Below the pieces are notes generated by a model that was not told the DNA's origin, ran no database searches, and worked only from the letters and a program-made list of their open reading frames with translations. The position numbers and the translations under genes were made by a program. This document shows, one piece after another, positions 56,599 to 64,000 of a stretch of DNA of 64,000 nucleotides (positions are counted from its first letter, which is position 1; each line of letters begins with the position of its first letter). Origin of the DNA: Balanoglossus misakiensis (taxonomy: Eukaryota > Animalia > Hemichordata); NCBI GenBank assembly GCA_040954595.2, contig CM082580.2, forward strand, positions 7,790,390 through 7,854,389. The letters run 5' to 3'.

Positions 56599-59500
56599 TA
56601 CTGTTTGCAGAGACACAATTCTTCTTCCTGGTATTTAAAAAAACTAATAGTTGCGGACGTTATCTGGGATCAAATATATTCTTTTCTACTGAAGACCTGA
56701 GCATTTCCACTGTAGACGGGAAAATGCACAGTCTTGAATTTATATGTATAAGCTGATAGATTAAGGGGGAAAATGGCAGCAACATTTTTGCTAATGTATG
56801 GATTTCTGATTTTAAATTTTACGTTCACAGGCTTGAGTTGTTGACTTGACTAGGAATAATGTAACCTAACCTGTGTAACTTCATGAATTATAAGAGAGAG
56901 AGAGAGAGAGACACTTTTTAAAATGTATGCAGCAAGTTTCAACCATGTATTTGCTGTACCTATAAAACTTTGTATAAAATGGTGAGATGATCTTTGTTTT
57001 TTTCCATGTATATTTGACAGTGGTATAACTATTTTTTTGTGTCCCTTTACTTTTGACATTGTCAGATTGTCGTGCATGCGGTTTCTGAACACTGTCGACC
57101 TTTCTCATCAACGTTGCTTTGTTTTAAGGGTGGTATAAAGTAAAATCCATTTCCTCAATAGATAGGCTGAAATTGTAAAAAAAAATACATCATTTTTATG
57201 AAGAAGAATTTTCACACCATCGAAAAATAGACCAGAAATATCTTCACTTGCAGTGCTCGTGACCCAGCCGTTAGAAATAGCGCCCTCAAGCAACCAAGTG
57301 TTGCCATGGTTGTGCACCACATCTTGAAATGGCAGGAAAGGAACTTGCTTATTTTTTTTGTACAGTAAGAATTTCCTGTCCACAGTTTTGAGTACATAGT
57401 TGGCAGGCTAGAAGTACCGTATTCCTCGGTGTCACGCCCGATTAGAAGACCACCAGTTGCAGTAGCTTTATAATGACTGACTGGTTGTTGCACAGAAAAG
57501 CTAAACATTGCGAGAACAGTAGACGTGATTCTGATCACCATTCTTCAATTCAGGAATACCTTGAGTAAAAACATACTAAGAATATTATAAACATCTTTGA
57601 TTTAGTTTTTTGCATCTTATATGAACTAGTTGACTTTTTTTTACTCTTTTTAGAAGTTACTGTACTCTAATACAATTATGTGTCACAGCGCACAAATTGA
57701 TACAATGCAGTATCAGTTGTCTTTGAAAACAAATTATTGTAAAGACCAAACCAAGACAAATTTAATGTCACTGAGAAAAAAGATATTGTAACGACTGAGA
57801 CAAGATAAATTTAGTGCCAGTACATTATACAGTGACTAAGCAATGGCTGCGTATGTAGAATGATAATAGTGCATGTCTTAGTGTAAAGTTAGGGCGTTAT
57901 GCCATGGATGGGCATGGTTAGCAATAGATGCCATAGCCACCAAGCCTGTATCACTGTGGACCGGCGACCGGTCAGAACCTCCCAATTATCGGCGTTGTTA
58001 GGTGCTAGGTGGGGGTGGTACTGTAGTCGCTTGGAAGGCCAAACCATGCCTTTACTGACTAATGGCATCTATCTGTCGCTGTGTAGTGTTAGCTGTTGTA
58101 AATCCAGTCAGATGGAGACTGCTTTGCTATGGAAATAATTGTACATTGTGTAATTTCAGAATTGAACATTTCTTCCGACAAAACCACTGATGATGAAGGA
58201 CAGCTTCTGCTTGGTAGTCAAAGCAACTTTCCAATTTTTTTTTTTCATTGCTTTTGATAAACATATGCCTTCTATAAAAGTTGAATTTTCACAAAGCAGT
58301 TTCATGAGGTGTGTTTGAGATGGGGGAAATTTGGATGTCTATTCACTATTTACTTGTGTACGTTTGTATGTGTAAACGAGATTCTTATTATATGTACAAA
58401 AATATTCAACCAGCTCAGCAAACCATGTTACATGTACATGTTTCATTTCAGACTTTGGTTTGCTCAAATTCCTTCCCATTTTTGTATCAAATGTCATTTC
58501 TGACAAAGGTATAGCAAAAACTAATATGTGACTCTCACAAAACTAATACTATTATGTCATTGATATTTGCCCTTCCACAGCGGCAAATGAAAATTGGGAG
58601 AAGAAAATTGTTGTCGTCGTCATCCTCAATGTGCATCACTGGGATGGATCAGGGTTCTCCCGGTCAGAAACCAAATCTGATGTAAAAGTGTATATTTGAA
58701 TATTATTAATTGTAGTCTTCAGGTTGAGTTTAGAGAATAACACGTCTCTTGGCAGGACGGGTGTAGACTTCGTAGTCATTTACGTACGTGGCAATAGTAG
58801 TCCTAGCAAAATGCATCACCTCACAGAAGAAGAGAAAACACACAATCATTTTGAGACTGATCTTGACTAGCTTTTGCAGGGTTTTTTTTTCTGAAAGTCC
58901 GAGGCAGATTCAGAAAAGCTGAATTCTGTTCCGCACAGTACTCAAAAACCAGCGGAATCACTCTTTTATGACGAGTTCCTGAATCGTGCACAGGCTTGCG
59001 TTACCATGTTAACTTATTAACGGTGCTAACCAAAACATTCAATAAGACGTAGAAATCTACAGGGTTGTAATTTAGCTAGATGCTGGTGACTCGTGTTTTT
59101 CTCCCCCGAACGATGTGTGTCTGTGAACTATTGCTTGTAGTCATGTCAATTGCTTGAAGCAATCTGTCAATATCCTACCCAAATTCTTGTAGATAATGTT
59201 GTACGTCTGCTTTACAATATATTAAAATCGAAGCATTTCTTTTTTTCACATTGCTTTGTATGCTTTTTTGTGCGTTTGCGTTATTGCTTGTTGTGTGTAA
59301 GTCAGTGGTGTGGTGTGTAGAGTCATCAGTTCAGGAGACAAAAACAAAAGAAAAGGTGTTGTCGATCTGCTGTTTCATAGCAACGTTTCTTGATCCAAGA
59401 AACTGCTACGGTACACAGATCTTCAACCGTATGGTGAATGGGTGGCCATAAACATCAGGAGAAAAGAGCCATCCCAAGTCTAACAGACCTACTGCATTGC

Positions 59501-60031
59501 TCTGCATGTTAGGACACTGCTGGGGCAAGACAGTACTGGCAGCATCAAATATAAGACTTCAAGCTGTCATGGGCAGTTACTAAAATATTAGATGCATGTT
59601 TAAAAAAAAAGTGTGGCTTATTCGTTGGTGGCGCTGTCTTATGAGAACTTACTGTACGCTGGGAGGTAAAGACGGGGAAAACTGATCGAACAAGAACGAA
59701 TGTTGGGCCCAATTAATTTTAATTAAGTTTCATTGGGGTGAGCAGGAGTTTTAAGTTGTATCTAGAAAGTTCTCGAAGAACCGAGAATGTCTTGTCTCCG
59801 AGTCGCGAAATCGAGGCTAGCCCTTTTTAGCCTCGCTCCACGCATGAAGTATTAGACACGCTAAACTTTCGCCTATTCCCCCACCTATTTATAAGATATA
59901 TATTTTAGTAATTTATATGGCAATTTAATATACCTGAGAATACAAGAAGGTAAAAAAATTACAGATAATAGATACCGCCTTCATTCTTCGTACAATATAT
60001 TCTGGGGCTGAGCTTATGGTTGTCAAGTACG

Positions 60032-60125
60032 GTTGCTAAGGCGCCATCTTGAATGTTTTGACACCTGTGTGCTGCTGCTCTTGCATACCGTGCTACAGGG
60101 TCTGTTAGTGTGAACTGCTCCGAAG
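60032..60125 (+). promoter_or_regulatory. Probable DNAAF1 promoter/non-coding first exon with X-box-like and YY1-like motifs
   Basis: GTTGCTAAGGCGCC (60032-45) overlapping CGCCATCTT; donor AAG|GTAAGC at 60126. Confidence 0.55.
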
Positions 60126-60674
60126 GTAAGCAATGTATAGTACAGATTTTTAAGAGAGACCCGTATTACTTTCTCATTCCGGTTTGTGAAGAACGTTCGC
60201 TTACGCGAGTACAGTTATATGACTTGAAAGCATTTGCAGCTGAAAGCGATTTGGCATGATTTTTTCCTGCAGCTGATTATGAATGGCCGTTGCTCCTGAG
60301 TTGACATTCTTGATCACGTTTTGTGATGTCAACCTGATATAAAGTCCATAACTGTATATTGCAAGGGAAATCGTGAATGAACAGAAGCAGTAAACCTGTG
60401 TGCTATTCTGGGGAACTGGTGATGTAACTTTGAAGCATAATGGCTACTGAATCAGTCCAGTCCATGTAGCAGTTCAAATGTATAATTTAATTGGATATGA
60501 TAAACAATAATTATGAATTGTACAAATTGATCATTAAGATCCAGTATGGTGAACAACATGGTCGTAAGTGATACTAGTATTCTGTCAGCACAGAAAAAGA
60601 TACATACTGACACCTTCTTTCATTGATTTTATGTCAGTTTTAAAATCAAGTACCAATACACCAAAGGGTCCAAA

Positions 60675-63863
<3,189 letters not shown>

Positions 63864-64000
63864 GGTAAGCTTCATCTTATACATTCATTCATCTCAGATT
63901 TTTTTCTGTGAAACTTTCATTCAGCGCTAATATACCTTGCAAGTCTTCTGTAATGTACTGGTACATGTATGGGCTTAAACAAGTTAAATTCTACCATAAG

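Overview
Intron-rich animal genomic DNA, probably a marine invertebrate (deuterostome-like; the taxon is inference). The window opens with the 3' half of a young tyrosine-recombinase retrotransposon (DIRS order, PAT-like): RNase H and methyltransferase-like ORF, intact YR ORF, and a perfect 100-bp split direct repeat. It ends about 110 bp upstream of WDR4. Spliced host genes follow: WDR4 (+), a secreted, probably GPI-anchored bacterial-type sphingomyelinase C (+), GST omega (-), a tandem TM2-domain protein (+), a degenerate adenylate-kinase-like gene with an MGCGGS N-terminus (+, ~17 kb), V-ATPase subunit C (+), a G-protein gamma subunit (+), ARF6 (+, with a U12-type intron) and the 5' part of DNAAF1/LRRC50 (+). 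Non-autonomous elements include an 85-bp TTAA MITE family, a Harbinger-like MITE, a Kolobok-like MITE and a ~190-bp hairpin-headed element. The most interesting items are a possible in-frame splice fusing the retroelement pol and YR ORFs, the apparently domesticated bacterial-type SMase, the RFX-box-rich AK-like pseudoenzyme, the ARF6 minor intron and the GA-mismatch hairpin element. Exon boundaries were read by eye and no database searches were run.
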